Assembly: GCA_951406725.2 (NCBI GenBank)
Contig: OX597824.1
Coordinates: forward strand, 79,794,001 to 79,858,000
Origin: Octopus vulgaris
Taxonomy: Eukaryota
Length of the DNA: 64,000 nt
Direction of reading: 5' to 3'
Shown: one piece after another, positions 26,484 through 40,555 of the stretch
How positions within the stretch are numbered: position 1 is the stretch's first letter
Layout of the letters: each line of letters begins with the position of its first letter
Made by a program: the position numbers and the translations under genes
Notes under the pieces: generated by a model
The model's input: the letters and a program-made list of their open reading frames with translations, nothing else
What the model was told of the DNA's origin: nothing
Databases searched by the model: none

Positions 26484-26518
26484 CATTATTAAGGCGGCGA
26501 TCTGGCAGTATCGATAGC

Positions 26519-26549
<31 letters not shown>

Positions 26550-26941
26550 CTTCTTCTTCTTCTTCTTCTTCTTCTTCTTCTTCTTCTTCTTCTTCTTCTT
26601 CTTCTTCTTCTTTTTTTTCTTCTTCTTCTTCTTTTTCTTCTTTTTCTTCCTCTTCTACTTCTTCTTCTGCTGCTGCTGCTGATGATGATGTTTGTGATGC
26701 TGCTGCTGCTGCTGATGATGATAGTAATGAATTTAATGATAATCATTGTTCTTTTTGTTGTTATTATTATTGCTAAATTTATTGTTGATGCTATTGTTAC
26801 CTTCACTGCTGCTGCTGTTGTTGTCATTGCTGCTATTGTTATTGTTGTTGCTGTTGATATTTTCATAGTAGCTTTTCTGTCATTCTCCTTAATGCTATGT
26901 ATCTTAATGTTGCTACTGTTGCTGCTGTTGCTGTTGCTGTT

Positions 26942-27297
26942 GAGCGAACGGTCTTCGTCTCAGTGCTCGCAAGATGAGAGAAGTCCGAAACATGGTCCTT
27001 TGCTATTCGTAAGACCTGCAGAAGAGAAAGCAGGTTAACCCCCGACATCGAGAGCATCGACGGATGGATGAATGCGCATCCAGGCTCAGCGGTTGCGTAG
27101 GAAGTCGGGGACAAGAAACAGGAAGAAAGAGTGAGAGAAAGTTGGGGCGAAAGAGTACAGCAGGGATCGCCACCACCCCCTGCCGGAGCCTCGTGGAGCT
27201 TTAGGTGTTTTCGCTCAATAAACACACACAACGCCCGGTCTGGGAATCGAAACTGCGATCCTCCGACCGCGAGCCGCTGCCCTAACCATTGGGCCAC
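26942..27297 (-). mobile_element. SINE family A head with alternative tail C
   Basis: Head matches 41-230; unrelated tail ending in (AAC/AGC)n. Confidence 0.8.
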
Positions 27298-27899
27298 TTG
27301 CTGTTGCTGCTGCTTGTCCCTTACTCTGCATGCTTAAAGCCAACTCAACCCCAATCACTTCAAACCTATAATCAAAACCATTCAAACCATGACCAACACA
27401 TCGTTTCCCCTTATTACACAGGTAGCCTACGACCACAATATCCAACGCATCCATTTCCAAGACGGCTACTATTTCTTGCAAATCGAGCTGCCTCATACAG
27501 ACTCCTGCCCTGGTTCACCGTTCTTCGTTTTTATTATTATTGCTGTCAATGATGATGTCGTTGTCAAAAGTCGTTGCTATTTTTTTGGGGAGTGGGGTAA
27601 TTTAAAGTTTTTAGCGTAATCCTCGTTATTGTTCTAAAGCGATTTTGTTGCCTATGTTGTTGTTGTTATTTTTTTATTATTGATAGTGTTGGTGCTGATC
27701 CATAACTGGGAGCGTACCACCGGATTAAATAATGTTATCATAGCTAATAGGGATGGTGGGGCTGCCAACGTTCGGTGAAAGACCCTACTTTTGTTTCATA
27801 ATTGATTACAGCCTAACAAAAGCAGAGCAGGAAAAATAATTAGCAGAATGTACAGATAGCTCTCCACCTGCCCCTCACCTGTACACACTCACAATCCTC

Positions 27900-28342
27900 C
27901 GTATACACACACATACATACATATATATACATATACACACATACATACATGCATACATACATACATAGATACATACATACATGCATACATACATACATAC
28001 ATACATATACACACATACATACAATACATACATATACATATATACATTAATTACATAGTACATGCATACACACAAACATACATTGTATGATATATATATA
28101 TATATATTTATGCTTGTATGAACATAAACAAATGTTCACACACATTCACACACGCACACGTATAGGCACACACACGTATACGCACACACACGTATACGCA
28201 CACACGCGTATACGGACACACATATCCCCACTTATATACGAATAAAACAAAACACACGTAAATATGTATATGCATAAGTATGTATGTATGCATGTATATA
28301 TATATATATATATATATATACATGCTCATATATATATGTACG

Positions 28343-28373
<31 letters not shown>

Positions 28374-28528
28374 CTATAAACATACATATATATATATATA
28401 TATATATATGCATACATATATACAAACATACATACATGCATACATGCATACATGCATACATGCACACTCACACATATATATGTATATATATATATGTATG
28501 TATATATATAAATATATATATATATTTG

Positions 28529-28584
<56 letters not shown>

Positions 28585-28620
28585 TATATATATATACATA
28601 CGCACACTAACACACACATC
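27900..28620. repeat. (TACA)n/(TA)n compound microsatellite
   Basis: Direct reading. Confidence 0.97.
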
Positions 28621-29078
28621 AAATAATCAAATAGCCAAATAGATATATATATCTCTCTTACACCAACCCATCCACATACATCCACTTTCAAATATTTCTT
28701 TCCCAGTTCTACGTTCTTCAAGCCATTTTCCTCCTCCTTCTCCCCCTCTTCACCGCCGCCGCCGCCATTATTCCGTCCCCCCACGTCTCCACATCACACA
28801 ACCACATCTCTGCTCTGTGCCTCCCCAAAATTTTTACCAGTCTTATCAGCTCATAATAGTCGTTTTAATTTGCAATAATTACTAACATAATCTCTTTCTT
28901 AGAATTAAGAGTGGATAATTCGTGACAGTTAACAGGCCCGCAGAAAATATTCACTTCCTGTTCAGAAGAAAAACTTTTTTCTGTCTTTCCTATTTTCTTT
29001 GTTTCTGTTTGTTTTTCTTTTTTCTTTTTTTTTTTTGAAATGGAATTCATAGCTTCTTACTCAGCAGTTACTGAGTCT

Positions 29079-29122
<44 letters not shown>

Positions 29123-29251
29123 TCCTTCGTTCCTTCGTTCCTTCGTTTTGCGTTTGTTCTAGGCGGTGGCATCATGTTACTTTATGAGAGTGTTTTATCA
29201 TCACCCCCCCCCCCCGCCACCACGTTCATATATATAACCGTGAACGAATGT

Positions 29252-29292
<41 letters not shown>

Positions 29293-29389
29293 TACACATT
29301 CGCTCAAATACACATGCTTACACGTGTGTAAAAAAAGAGGAAAAATATTGCTATTATTGCAAATATCATTAGCATTATCGCCGACATGT

Positions 29390-29675
29390 TGATGACGACA
29401 ACGACGATGACGATGATGATAAGGTAGTATCATCATCATCCTCCTCCTCCTCCTCCTCATCATCATCATTATCGTCATCATCATCGTTATCATCATCATC
29501 ATCATCATCATTATTGTCATCATCATCATCATCATCATCATTATCATCATCATCATCATCATCATCCTCATCATCATCATTATCGTAACCGTCATCGTCA
29601 TCATCATCATCATCATCATCATCATTATTGTCAACATCATCATCATTATCATCATCATCATCATCATCGTCATCG

Positions 29676-29707
<32 letters not shown>

Positions 29708-30280
29708 GTCATCAACGTCGTCGTCGTCATCATCATCCTCCTCCTCATCATCATCATCATCGTCATCATCGTCGTCGTCATCATCATCACCATCATCACC
29801 ACCACCACCACCACCACCACCACCACCACCACCACCACAGCCACCATCATCATCACCATCACCACCATCACCACCACAGCCACCATCATCATCATCATGT
29901 CCGCAATCCTCATATCAAATGTCATCGTCACCAATATTTTTTCTCCTCCCTTCATCAAGTTCGCTTCCCACTATTTGCCTTATTTTTTTGTTCATAGTTC
30001 TTCTATTCTTCTTCTTGTTGCTGCTGCTGCTGCTATTATTCTTGTAGTTGTTGCCGCTGCTGCTCTTGCAATTACAGACTGTTGTTAGTGATGCTTTGGT
30101 TGTTGTTGTTGTTGTTATTGTGATCGTTGTCATGGTTGTTATTATTGTCATGTTGCTTTTGTTGTAGTCGTCGTCATAGCCGCTGTTACTGCTGTTGTTG
30201 TTATTGTTGTTGTTGTTGTTGTTCCTGTTGTTGTTGTTCTTCCTGCTGCTGTTGTCTTTGTTGTTGTTGTATTTGTTCTT
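29390..30280. repeat. (CAT)n/(CAC)n/(GTT)n microsatellite field
   Basis: Direct reading. Confidence 0.96.
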
Positions 30281-30824
30281 GCTACAGCTCCTGGTGCTAT
30301 TTGACCTGTTTCTTACATGAACTAAAAAAAAAAAATAAAGAAACGAATTAATATTCTTTCATTTTAAAAATTATATGTTTAACAAGCTTAATTAAATACT
30401 TGTTTTACTGTTTCTGTGATGTATGTTGCCGTGTGTGTATCCGTGTGTGCATGTGTCTATGTATGTGTTCTGTGCGTGTCAATGTGTGATGTACACGTGT
30501 ATTTATGTATGTGTTTTTAAAGAACATAACCATCCATCCATTCATCCACCAATAATGATAAACAGAGACGTTGATAAATGAACTGACATTCACTCACTCG
30601 CTCACACACCTACTCATTCACTCACTCATATATATACACACGCTCACATACGTACACCTAAACACAAACAAACACATGCTTATATATCTGTAGTCTTGAT
30701 AATGGCCATTGAGTCTTTGTTGAATTCACCTGTTTCTTTAGAGAGACATTGATTACTTTTGTCCTTTCAGGATGTCCAGTTATCCGTCTCAAATTTGGAT
30801 GAAATCTTTGAGCAATGTTATTGG

Positions 30825-31590
30825 CTAAATCCCTGACGACCTGACGATAAAATAGGTAGAAATAGTCTACATAAATCAGTAACAAATAATTTTGATTTGG
30901 CATAAAATCCACACCACAATTCCTCAAAGCATATTCATCATCATATCGTACCAAAATAACACTTAGAATTATGAAATCAAACGACAAGATTTTTCGAAGC
31001 TTACCACGATACCTACACAAAAAACATCGAAACCGACCATAAAATTTTTATAGTGCACCACAACTTCCCAAAGCAAGTCACGAAATCTTTCATATTCTGC
31101 AAATCACTTCAGTAAACCACAAAGCCCCAAAGCGCAGAACAAATTAGCAAAACCAGACTTGAATGCTTTCTAGATGTTAGAATTCTTTATCCCCGACGAC
31201 CTGACGATGAAATAGGAAGAACAGGTTTACATAAATATCAGTAACAAATAATTTTGATCTAGCATAAAAATTCACACCACAATTGCTCATAGTATATACA
31301 TCCTCGTATCGTACCAAAACCCGACTTAGACTACATAATAACTTAGAATACAGTGAACAACACTTTCTTTAAGTATATCACACGTTTTTCAAAGAGTAAC
31401 CACAATACTCCCGAAGTACACAAGAAACATCAAAGCCAACCACAGAATTTTCCTAGTGCAGCACAACTTAAAGTGAACCACGAAATCTTTCAAATTCTGC
31501 AAATCACCTCAGTAAACCACAAAGCCTCAAAGCGCAGAACAAATCTTCAAAACCAGAGTTAAAGCTTTCTAGATATGTTAGAATTCCTTC
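30825..31590. repeat. Diverged tandem duplication of a 360-400 bp unit
   Basis: gacgacctgacgat, atcagtaacaaataattttgat and cacgaaatcttt..aagcgcagaacaaat blocks each occur twice. Confidence 0.85.
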
Positions 31591-32235
31591 AAGTTTTACA
31601 TGTTATAATTTCTTTTTCTGTCATTTCGTACTGCTTACGTTTGCCATGTTAGCTCATGTGCTAGATTTCATCATGTAATCGAATAATATGCAGAAACGGG
31701 TTAAATATTCCCAAACTATGAAAATATTTGAAGAATATTTGTCAAAAGACACAAATAAAAAGATAAAAGGAGGGAACTATCTGTAATTGATCTGTTTTAA
31801 CAAGAAGATTTACCTGAAATGAAATGTCTTTTGCTGTAACAGTAGAATGTTCCTAACTACAAGTCCCAGGTCGGTATTGCGATCTACATTAGATACCTTG
31901 AGAGGACTCAAAAAATACGCAAGACCAGAAGAAGAAAAAAATTGCTAAGTGCAGAGTAAATCTGCAAAGCGCAGAACTTATTCCTAAAGCATATCACACT
32001 CACTCATATCAAACACAAGGCAAGCTACTTTAAAAAAGAGAATAAGGTGAATGATGCAGCAACGTCATTCGCACGCATATCAACAACAAAGTAGAACAGG
32101 ACGGGGGTTAATGTAGATCGTAAGAAATCTAGTTAGAAGTACTTGTACAATTCTATATTTAAGAGATGAGGAATTATGTACATTATTTACATTATTTACA
32201 TTTGACGGATATTTGTCCTCATCTTGTTTGTTGTT

Positions 32236-32281
32236 AACACAACATTTCGGCTGATATACCCTCCAGCCTTCATCAGGTGTC
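32236..32281 (-). ncRNA. Minimal type I hammerhead ribozyme motif in a Penelope-like end (about 32150-32325)
   Basis: gacac CTGATGA a ggctg(gagggtatat)cagcc GAAA tg TT gtgtt. Confidence 0.7.
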
Positions 32282-32419
32282 TTGGGGAAATTTCGAACCT
32301 GTGTTCTCATTCCTAAGGCATTTTCGAGCCTTAGCCTTTCTAAAAATTGATCCTAAGGGATTTTTTTGCTGATGTTATTTATTCAAGGCACTGCTTGGAA
32401 TTGAACGCAGACCTTGGGG

Positions 32420-32742
32420 CTATCACTTCGACTACCACTACTAAAACTACTATTACCTCCACCACCACCTCCACTACAACAACAACAACAACAACAACAA
32501 CAACTACTACTACTACTACTAAAACTACTACTACTACTACTAAAACTACTAAAACTACTACTACTACTACTGCTACTATAACCACCACAACCACCACCAT
32601 CACCATCACCACCTCTACTACTACTACCACCACCATCACCTCTATTACTACTACTAGTGCAACTACTACTACTACTACTATTACTACTACTACTACTACT
32701 ACCACCACCACCACCACCTCTACTACTATTACTACTATTACT
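32420..32742. repeat. (ACT)n/(ACC)n/(AAC)n microsatellite field
   Basis: Direct reading. Confidence 0.96.
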
Positions 32743-33058
32743 AGAAAGGTCACCTACAGAAGAAAACATACAACATCCTTCTTTTGACTTACCATTCCAT
32801 ATTAATTTCGTTGGTTTTAATAAAATATTTACGTGTTCTGAGAACAAAATACTTTTTTCTTGTTTTTTTTTTTTTCTTTCTTTTCGAATTTGGTTATATA
32901 TTCCAAGCCTGGTTTGACAGAATTTAAGAAAAAAAAAAGAAATTATGAAGAATTTAATATCTGAAGCTTCTCCGAAATGAAGAAAACAAAAAAAAAAAAA
33001 AGAAAAGAAAATTGATGTTAGAGCGAAAATTAGAACAACAAGCAAAAGAAAAAAAAAA

Positions 33059-33094
33059 ATGGAAAGAACTGACAAAGATGGCGAAAACAGCGCA
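33059..33094 (+). other. Candidate first coding exon (MERTDKDGENSA or MAKTA) of an unidentified gene
   Basis: aaaATGG and aagATGGCG starts followed by a consensus GTAAGT donor at 33095; no downstream exon established. Confidence 0.2.
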
Positions 33095-33634
33095 GTAAGT
33101 ATCTGGGAGTATATTTTTCGAAGAATTTACACAAAATCAGCAAATTCTTATTTTGTTAATGATTCCTAAATGGTAAATGTCAGTCGTGATCTATTCCAAA
33201 GTATATTCCATTTTAATATTCTGTGTAAGTTAAGTCAGCATTTTTTTTTTTTTTCTATATTTATCATTTTTTTTATTTTGTCATTCGACAAACTCTAATA
33301 AATTCTCGAAGTTTTAAGATTCAAAATGGACGATATCTTCTTAAATGTTTTTTCCTCACGAAAACCTATTCTGTTCTGTTCATATTTGATTGTGTTTTTC
33401 AAAAAAGAATAAAACAAAAGATCTGAACACATCAAAACAAAAATATACAACACAAAGCAAAATACACACACACACTCTCTCTTTCTCTCTTTCCCTCTCA
33501 TACATACATACATACATACATACACACACGTACATACACACACATACACACACGTATACACACACGCACACAAAACGTTACTTCGAACCATTTATATTTG
33601 AAGCGCATTTATCATTTGTTGTGTGTTGTTATAA

Positions 33635-33643
33635 GTACATACA

Positions 33644-33675
<32 letters not shown>

Positions 33676-33832
33676 CACACACGCATACATACATACGTAC
33701 ATACATACATACATACATAATACGCACACACACACATACATACATACATACATATACACACACGCATACATACATACGTACATACATACATACATACATA
33801 CATGCATACATATACACACACGCATACATACA

Positions 33833-33864
<32 letters not shown>

Positions 33865-33949
33865 CACACACGCATACATACATACGTACATACATACATA
33901 CATACATAATACGCACACACATACATACATACATACATACATACATACA

Positions 33950-33981
<32 letters not shown>

Positions 33982-34054
33982 CACACACGCATACATACAT
34001 ACGTACATACATACATACATAATACGCACACACACACATACATACATACATACA

Positions 34055-34086
<32 letters not shown>

Positions 34087-34095
34087 CACACACAT
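33635..34095. repeat. (TACA)n with higher-order repeats
   Basis: Direct reading. Confidence 0.96.
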
Positions 34096-34848
34096 ATTAT
34101 GTATGATATATGTATGTATATACGTATTTATAAATATACAAATTTCTGTTGCATTAGCAATCGTTTATACATTTTTTCATATCTAGTCCTCTTCCAATGT
34201 CATTAACTTATTTTATTCCTCACATTATTTATTTATATCTATATGTCTTCATGCAAATATATCACAATATAATATAATATAACATAATATAATATAATAT
34301 AATATAATATAATATAATATAATATAATATATCTTCTATATATCGGCATATTATATAATACAACGTCATGTACATTTTCATTTATATATATTTATAATAA
34401 TAGTTTTTAATATCATTTCAACATAATTCAACTTGGTAGTGATGTAATTAATTAATGCCATCGTACGAAAAAATATATTCTTGACGATGAATTGAAATTT
34501 GACTCTTATTTAGAGAAAGAATGTTAACGAATCTAAAGAATCCAAGTTGATAGAAAAGGGGAGAAAAATTCAAACATTTAAGAATAAATTGAGCAGAGAA
34601 TTTAATTTTTATGTTCAGAGGAAAAGATCTAATTTTCTTTTTTTGCTGACACGCGAGGTGGTTGGTCTAGGAATGTTTCGAGCTTGTGAAACCTCATCAG
34701 CAAAGCATATACTCTGAAACCTTCTTCGGTCGGTGGAAAAGAATGTTTTACACGAAGCAAAAGTATTACAAAGGATTTTGGCCTGAGTAATTTCCATAAT
34801 TACAATAAAGTGAACTAAAAATTTTTAAAAAAATGCAAAGTGTATGCG

Positions 34849-35036
<188 letters not shown>

Positions 35037-36127
35037 CGGTCGCCGTTTGTGAGGCACGCGTTCCCGCAGTTCGTCTCCATGACCGAACTGCAGTCGTGGA
35101 CCAAAAAGAGGCCGAGGAAGGGCGAATGGCACCGCGAGTGTCGCGTTGCTCTGAAGCAACTATGCCGTCCCGGGTCGACCTTGAGCGACTTCAACACAAC
35201 TAAAGCATTCTATAGGGGATTTGTGGAGGGGAGGTACGACGACGATCTCGGGGCGAACCTGGACGTCGATGAGAAATACCTGACCCGCTTGTTCAGGACG
35301 ACTTTCGGGCCAGGGCCCTTGGACAACTTCCAGAGATCCCTGGCCTGGCAGTGCTACCGAGAAGCGCTACCCGTTCGGGATAAGCTCTACAGACACGGCT
35401 CGAGAAACACGGGGCCGACCTGCCCGAGTTGCGGTCAGAACGACGAAACCGTTCTGCACGCACTCGGGCAGTGTTCAACCATTTCCGACCTGTGGGCTTA
35501 TGTCGAACGATTGCTGTCACGTGTGGGACGAGTCGGTTTATCAGCCGAATCTATCGTCAATATCGTCACGCCTCCTTACTTCAAACGGGAAGGAAGATCT
35601 ATTTTCAACATTCTTGTGGCTACGGCGAAAGAATGTATCTGGTGGATGCGCCTGAAAGGATTGGAGACAAACGCTTTCCTCTCTGGTCAATCTCTCATCA
35701 ACTTCTTCAAGTATCACTTGAAAAGGAAAGTGAGAGTAGAGCGGCAAGTTTTGTCTAGCGAATGTTTAAAAAAAAGATGGGTGAATATAGCAAGGATGGC
35801 ACGTATGAATGACGAAGCCACCTTGAGCATAATCCTATGAACGTAGAAATTGAAAACAGAGGGTTACCCACTTGCAAACAAATGTGGTAACATATAACAA
35901 TATTGACCGAGGTTACTGTGGTCTTTTTCTTAGGCTTTTCTTCCCACGGATAAACCTTACCTGCTTCCCCCTTTACACCGTACATCATGACACTGTGATA
36001 CACGATCCCTATTGATCGTTTTTTTCCTCTTCCCCTTTTTTCCTCTTTTTTCTTCTTTTTTCCTTTTTCTTTTCTCTTGTTTCTTTTCCTTTTTTTCCTT
36101 TTTTTTCTCTTATTTTTTTCTTTTTTC
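35037..36127 (+). mobile_element. 5'-truncated L1/Tx1-clade LINE: ORF2 C-terminus (zf-RVT) to the stop at 35840, 3' UTR and T-rich tract
   Basis: AWQCYREALPVRDKL..CPSCGQNDETVLHALGQC CCHC zinc knuckle; about 267 uninterrupted codons; GC-rich relative to background. Confidence 0.88.
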
Positions 36128-36242
36128 TTGTCTAGCGAATGTTTGAAAAAAAGATGGGTGAATATAGCAAGGATGGCACGTATGAATGACGAAGCCACCT
36201 TGAGCAAAATCCTATGAACCCGGAAAAATTTAAAACAGAGAG

Positions 36243-36450
36243 TTAGCAGAATCGTTAGCATTCAGGATAAGATGCTTACCGGTATTTCGTTCATCTTTAT
36301 GCTCTTCGTTCAAATTCCACCGAAGCCGACTTTGCCTTTCATCCTTTGGGAGTCGATAAAATAAGTACCAGTCGAGTACTGGAGTCGATGAAATCGGTTT
36401 ACACTTTCCCCATAATTGCTGGCCTTGTGCCAAAATTTGAAACCAATATT
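36243..36450 (+). mobile_element. SINE family B, diverged
   Basis: Head remnant, core and ggccttgtgcc tail. Confidence 0.75.
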
Positions 36451-36579
36451 TCAGTAAATGACATTTAATTTCCTTTTATGTAATATTGTCAATTATCACT
36501 GGACTGTATATGAATGCCACAGAATCATATTTACTCTTGTTAGCAATGTTTTTGGGAAATTTTGCTTCACAGCCATGCG

Positions 36580-37032
36580 CAAGCATGGCTGTAGGGTTCA
36601 GAGGCTCGCTTAGCAACTACCAACTACGCGGTTTCGGTTTCAGTCCCACTGCGTGGCATCTTGACCAACTGTCTTCTATTACATCCTAGAGCGAGCCAAC
36701 GCCTTACGAACGAATTAGATAAACGGAAACTGTGTGGAATCCCATTCTGTATATATACATGTATGTGCGTGTGTGTGTGCTTGTGTGAGAGTATGTATGG
36801 GAGTGCGTGTGTGTTTGTGTTGAGCGCGTGTTTGTACTTGTTCCTTCACAGCCTGAAAAACGGTGTTGCTTTGTTTATGTCTGTGTAACTTAGCTGTTAA
36901 GAAAATGAGCTCATAGAATAAGTATTAGATTTGTGAGTATTAGTGTGAGTACTGGTATCGATTTATTCGATTAAACCCTTCAGGTTGATGCCCCAGAATG
37001 GCCGCAGTCCCGTGGCTGAAACAAGTAAAAGA
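36580..37032 (+). mobile_element. SINE family C, diverged full length
   Basis: Colinear with 40556-40960. Confidence 0.75.
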
Positions 37033-37383
37033 ATTAAACATAAAAAAAAAAAAATGATTACTGGTATTCATTTTATCGATTTCGAGGAGGAACCGAAAGC
37101 TATCCCATCTGTGGCGCGTTAACATTTTAACACGACCCAAAGGGTGTGTACTAACCATACAGACATGTAGCATACATGCATTTATACGCCAAATATGCAA
37201 ACACACGAACTTTCTATTTCAAAGACACATACGCACACATATGAGAGCATTCCAGTATGTGTATATGTATGTTTGTAGGTATTTAAGTGTATCTATGTGT
37301 TATGTATATCATGTATGATGTGTGTATTTAAGTATATATATATGCATATACATATACATATACATAGAAGCATTCATATAAAT

Positions 37384-37419
<36 letters not shown>

Positions 37420-37502
37420 AATGCTTTAATCGATAAAAGTACAGATAAATATATACAAACTGACGCGCAGACGTATATTTGTATACATACACACATGCAT
37501 AC

Positions 37503-37566
<64 letters not shown>

Positions 37567-37747
37567 GTATAGATGTATATATATATATATATATACATAT
37601 ACAAACACACAGATATCTATATATCTATCTATATGAATATATACACACATATATATGTATATGCATAGATATACAGCTATATAGATGTATATACCAATAT
37701 ATACATCTATATATGTACATGTGTATACATACATGCATATATATATA

Positions 37748-37786
<39 letters not shown>

Positions 37787-38181
37787 TTTATACACACATG
37801 TGTGTTTCCGTTTATACCATACGCACACAGTTACCCATTAAACGGTCGTTGTTTGTTGCATTTGTCTCTCTTTAGACAATTTCATTTTTACTCTGTTTAC
37901 AAAAGATCAAGATGCCAATAAGTGATAGACTAATACCGAATAAATATAAGAACGTGATGACACTTGAAAAGAAAGGTTATATTTCCTTTTTCCCCCCTCC
38001 GTGTCTGCTTCTTTTATGTCAATGCGTAACATTCAGGATGTGGTATCAATACGATGGCTGCATTTATGTAGTGGACGAACGAATGAAAAGATTAAAGGAA
38101 AAAAGAAACCATAAAAGAAACAATAAAACAAACAACTGCTAATGGTAATGGCGTTCTTGAAATGTCTTCGAATTGAAAACA

Positions 38182-38975
38182 AAAATGCAAATCTCATGTT
38201 TGCTTGTTGATGACAAAGATTAGTATATTAGAAAGGCACATCGATCTATAGACCAATACAAACACTTTCAAGCGAGATTGAATATATATATATATATATA
38301 TGCAGGCATTGCTGTATGGTTTAGAAATTTGCTTCCTTAATACGTGTTTTCGTGGTTGAACCTTTTTTGCGTGGTACCTTGGGCGAGTGAATATATTTCC
38401 AGTGTAGCTTCGAGACGACGAAAGATTTCTCAGTGAAATTATTTCTTAGACGGAAGAGAAAATGTTTGAAAATCAAGTCGTAAAGAGCGTTCTTGCTATT
38501 TATTATTGCCGAGGTCGACTTTGCCTTTCATCCTTTCGGGGTCCATGAAATAAGTACCAGTGAAACACTGGGGTCAATAAAATGCAAATCTCATGTTTGC
38601 TTGTTGATGACAGAGATTAGTATAATAGAAAGGCACATCGATCTTTAGACCAATACAAACACGTTCAAGCGAGATTGAATATATATATATATATATATGC
38701 AGGCATTGCTGTATGGTTTAGAAATTTGCTTCCTTAATACGTGTTTTCGAGGTTGAACCTTTTTTGCGTGGTACCTTGGGCGAGTAAATATATTTCCAGT
38801 GTAGCTTCGGGACGACGAAAGATTTCTCAGTGAAATTATTTCTTAGACGGAAGAGAAAATGTTTGAAAATCAAGTCGTAAAGAGCGTTCTTGCTATTTAT
38901 TATTGCCGCCGAGGTCGACTTTGCCTTTCAACCTTTCGGGATCCATGAAATAAGTACCAGTGAAACACTGGGGTC
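38182..38975. repeat. Recent tandem duplication of about 397 bp containing SINE C and SINE B fragments
   Basis: 38182-38578 is nearly identical to 38579-38975. Confidence 0.95.
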
Positions 38976-39037
38976 GATGTATGCGACTATTTCCTTTTCC
39001 TTCTGCTTTAACTAGAAAGGATGATTATTGTTGTAGT

Positions 39038-39068
<31 letters not shown>

Positions 39069-39215
39069 TTGTTGTTGTTGTTGTTGTTCTTCTTCTCCTC
39101 CTCCTCCTCCTCCTCCTTCTTCTTCTTCTTCTTCTTCTTCTTCTTCTTCTTCTTCTCCCCCTGCTCCCCCCTCCTCCTCCTCCTCCTCCTCCTCCTCCTT
39201 CTTCTTCTTCTTCTT

Positions 39216-39526
39216 GAGTGAGAGAGCAGTGCATGCCATCAAAGTGATACTGGGGTAAAATGTACGAAGCCCTGTATACTCGCCATGACTACCCGTCTGA
39301 TAAGGTTACACGAGACACATGCATCACAACCATGTGTGCGAGACATGGTGATTTTATATCAAGATAAACAGTGCATGACCTTGCAGGTGGGGCTCAGTTA
39401 GAATTTTCTTCTGGTCGAGTAACCCATCTCGCTCAAAAGGTCCCTGAATAAGGGTTGTTTAAGGATGTTGAACGAAACACCCAAGTTTCCAGAGGTGAAT
39501 TATTCAAACCCCAAAGAATCCGTCTC
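39216..39526 (-). mobile_element. Truncated copy of the (ATT)n-associated retroposon
   Basis: Matches 25845-26155; flanked by (TTC)n and (TTA)n. Confidence 0.8.
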
Positions 39527-39553
39527 TTATTATTATTATTATTATTATTATTA

Positions 39554-39638
<85 letters not shown>

Positions 39639-39641
39639 TGT

Positions 39642-39855
39642 AAGGCGGTGAGCTGGCAGAAACGTTAGCACGCCGGGTGAAATACTTAGCGGTATTTCGT
39701 CTGTTATTACGTTCTGAGTTCAAATTCCGCCGAGGTCGACTTTGCCTTTCATGCTTTCAGGGTCGATAAATTAAGTACCAGTTGCATACTGGGTTGATCT
39801 AATCGACTGGCCCCCTCCCCCAAAATTTCGGGCCTTGTGTCTAGAGTAGAAAAAA
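39642..39855 (+). mobile_element. SINE family B monomer, full length
   Basis: Head, core and short tail. Confidence 0.9.
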
Positions 39856-39867
39856 AGATTGTGATTT

Positions 39868-39909
<42 letters not shown>

Positions 39910-40095
39910 TCTGTTATGCTTTTCTTCTTTTACATGTTTCAGCCCTAAGAATGTGACCATGCTGGGGCACCGATTCATGAAATTATGATGTTAAATTTAA
40001 CGTAAAGTCCTTTAGGGGTCAATCAGTCTTTGTCCCCGCTCTCTACCTGTACCGCCATAAACCATCACATAAATTGAAGCGCATTTATAATGAAA

Positions 40096-40237
40096 TCAAT
40101 CTGTCAAATAGGTTCTCTTCATGTCGATTCGGTTGTCCAGCTGTAGATTGTAATACATCACGTCACAAGTTGCCTGTTTATGATTGCAACGTTTTCCTGT
40201 TTTGGTCGAATTAGCCGCAAGAATGCATTCAATAGCT
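40096..40237 (-). other. Candidate terminal coding exon (AIECILAANSTKTGKRCNHKQATCDVMYYNLQLDNRIDMKRTYLTD*)
   Basis: Strong acceptor ttttttttagtttgttttacag, then 46 open codons to TGA; no homology recognised. Confidence 0.2.
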
Positions 40238-40555
40238 CTGTAAAACAAACTAAAAAAAATTTATAATTTCTCAATCGTACATTTCACCACATGAACCTGT
40301 AGTAGTAAAAGGAAATTCTGATTTTTGATCTTTGTTCTGAGATGTATCAAAGAATACGCCCATTATTTCTTCATAAGCGTTTACGAGTGTGTTTGCTCGC
40401 TATATCGGATTAGTAGCATCACCGAGTATTACTCAAGCTTTTAGGCTTTGACACTGGATAAACATCTTTTCGAGAAGATCAGAGCCAAGAGTTTCTTGTG
40501 GTGAAATGGTGAGGATATAAAAAGTAAAAAAAAATAAAGAAGAAAAAAAAGACAT

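Noticed and set aside
30830-30870. CTGACGA..GAAA in the tandem duplication
   Set aside because: No stem II between the motifs
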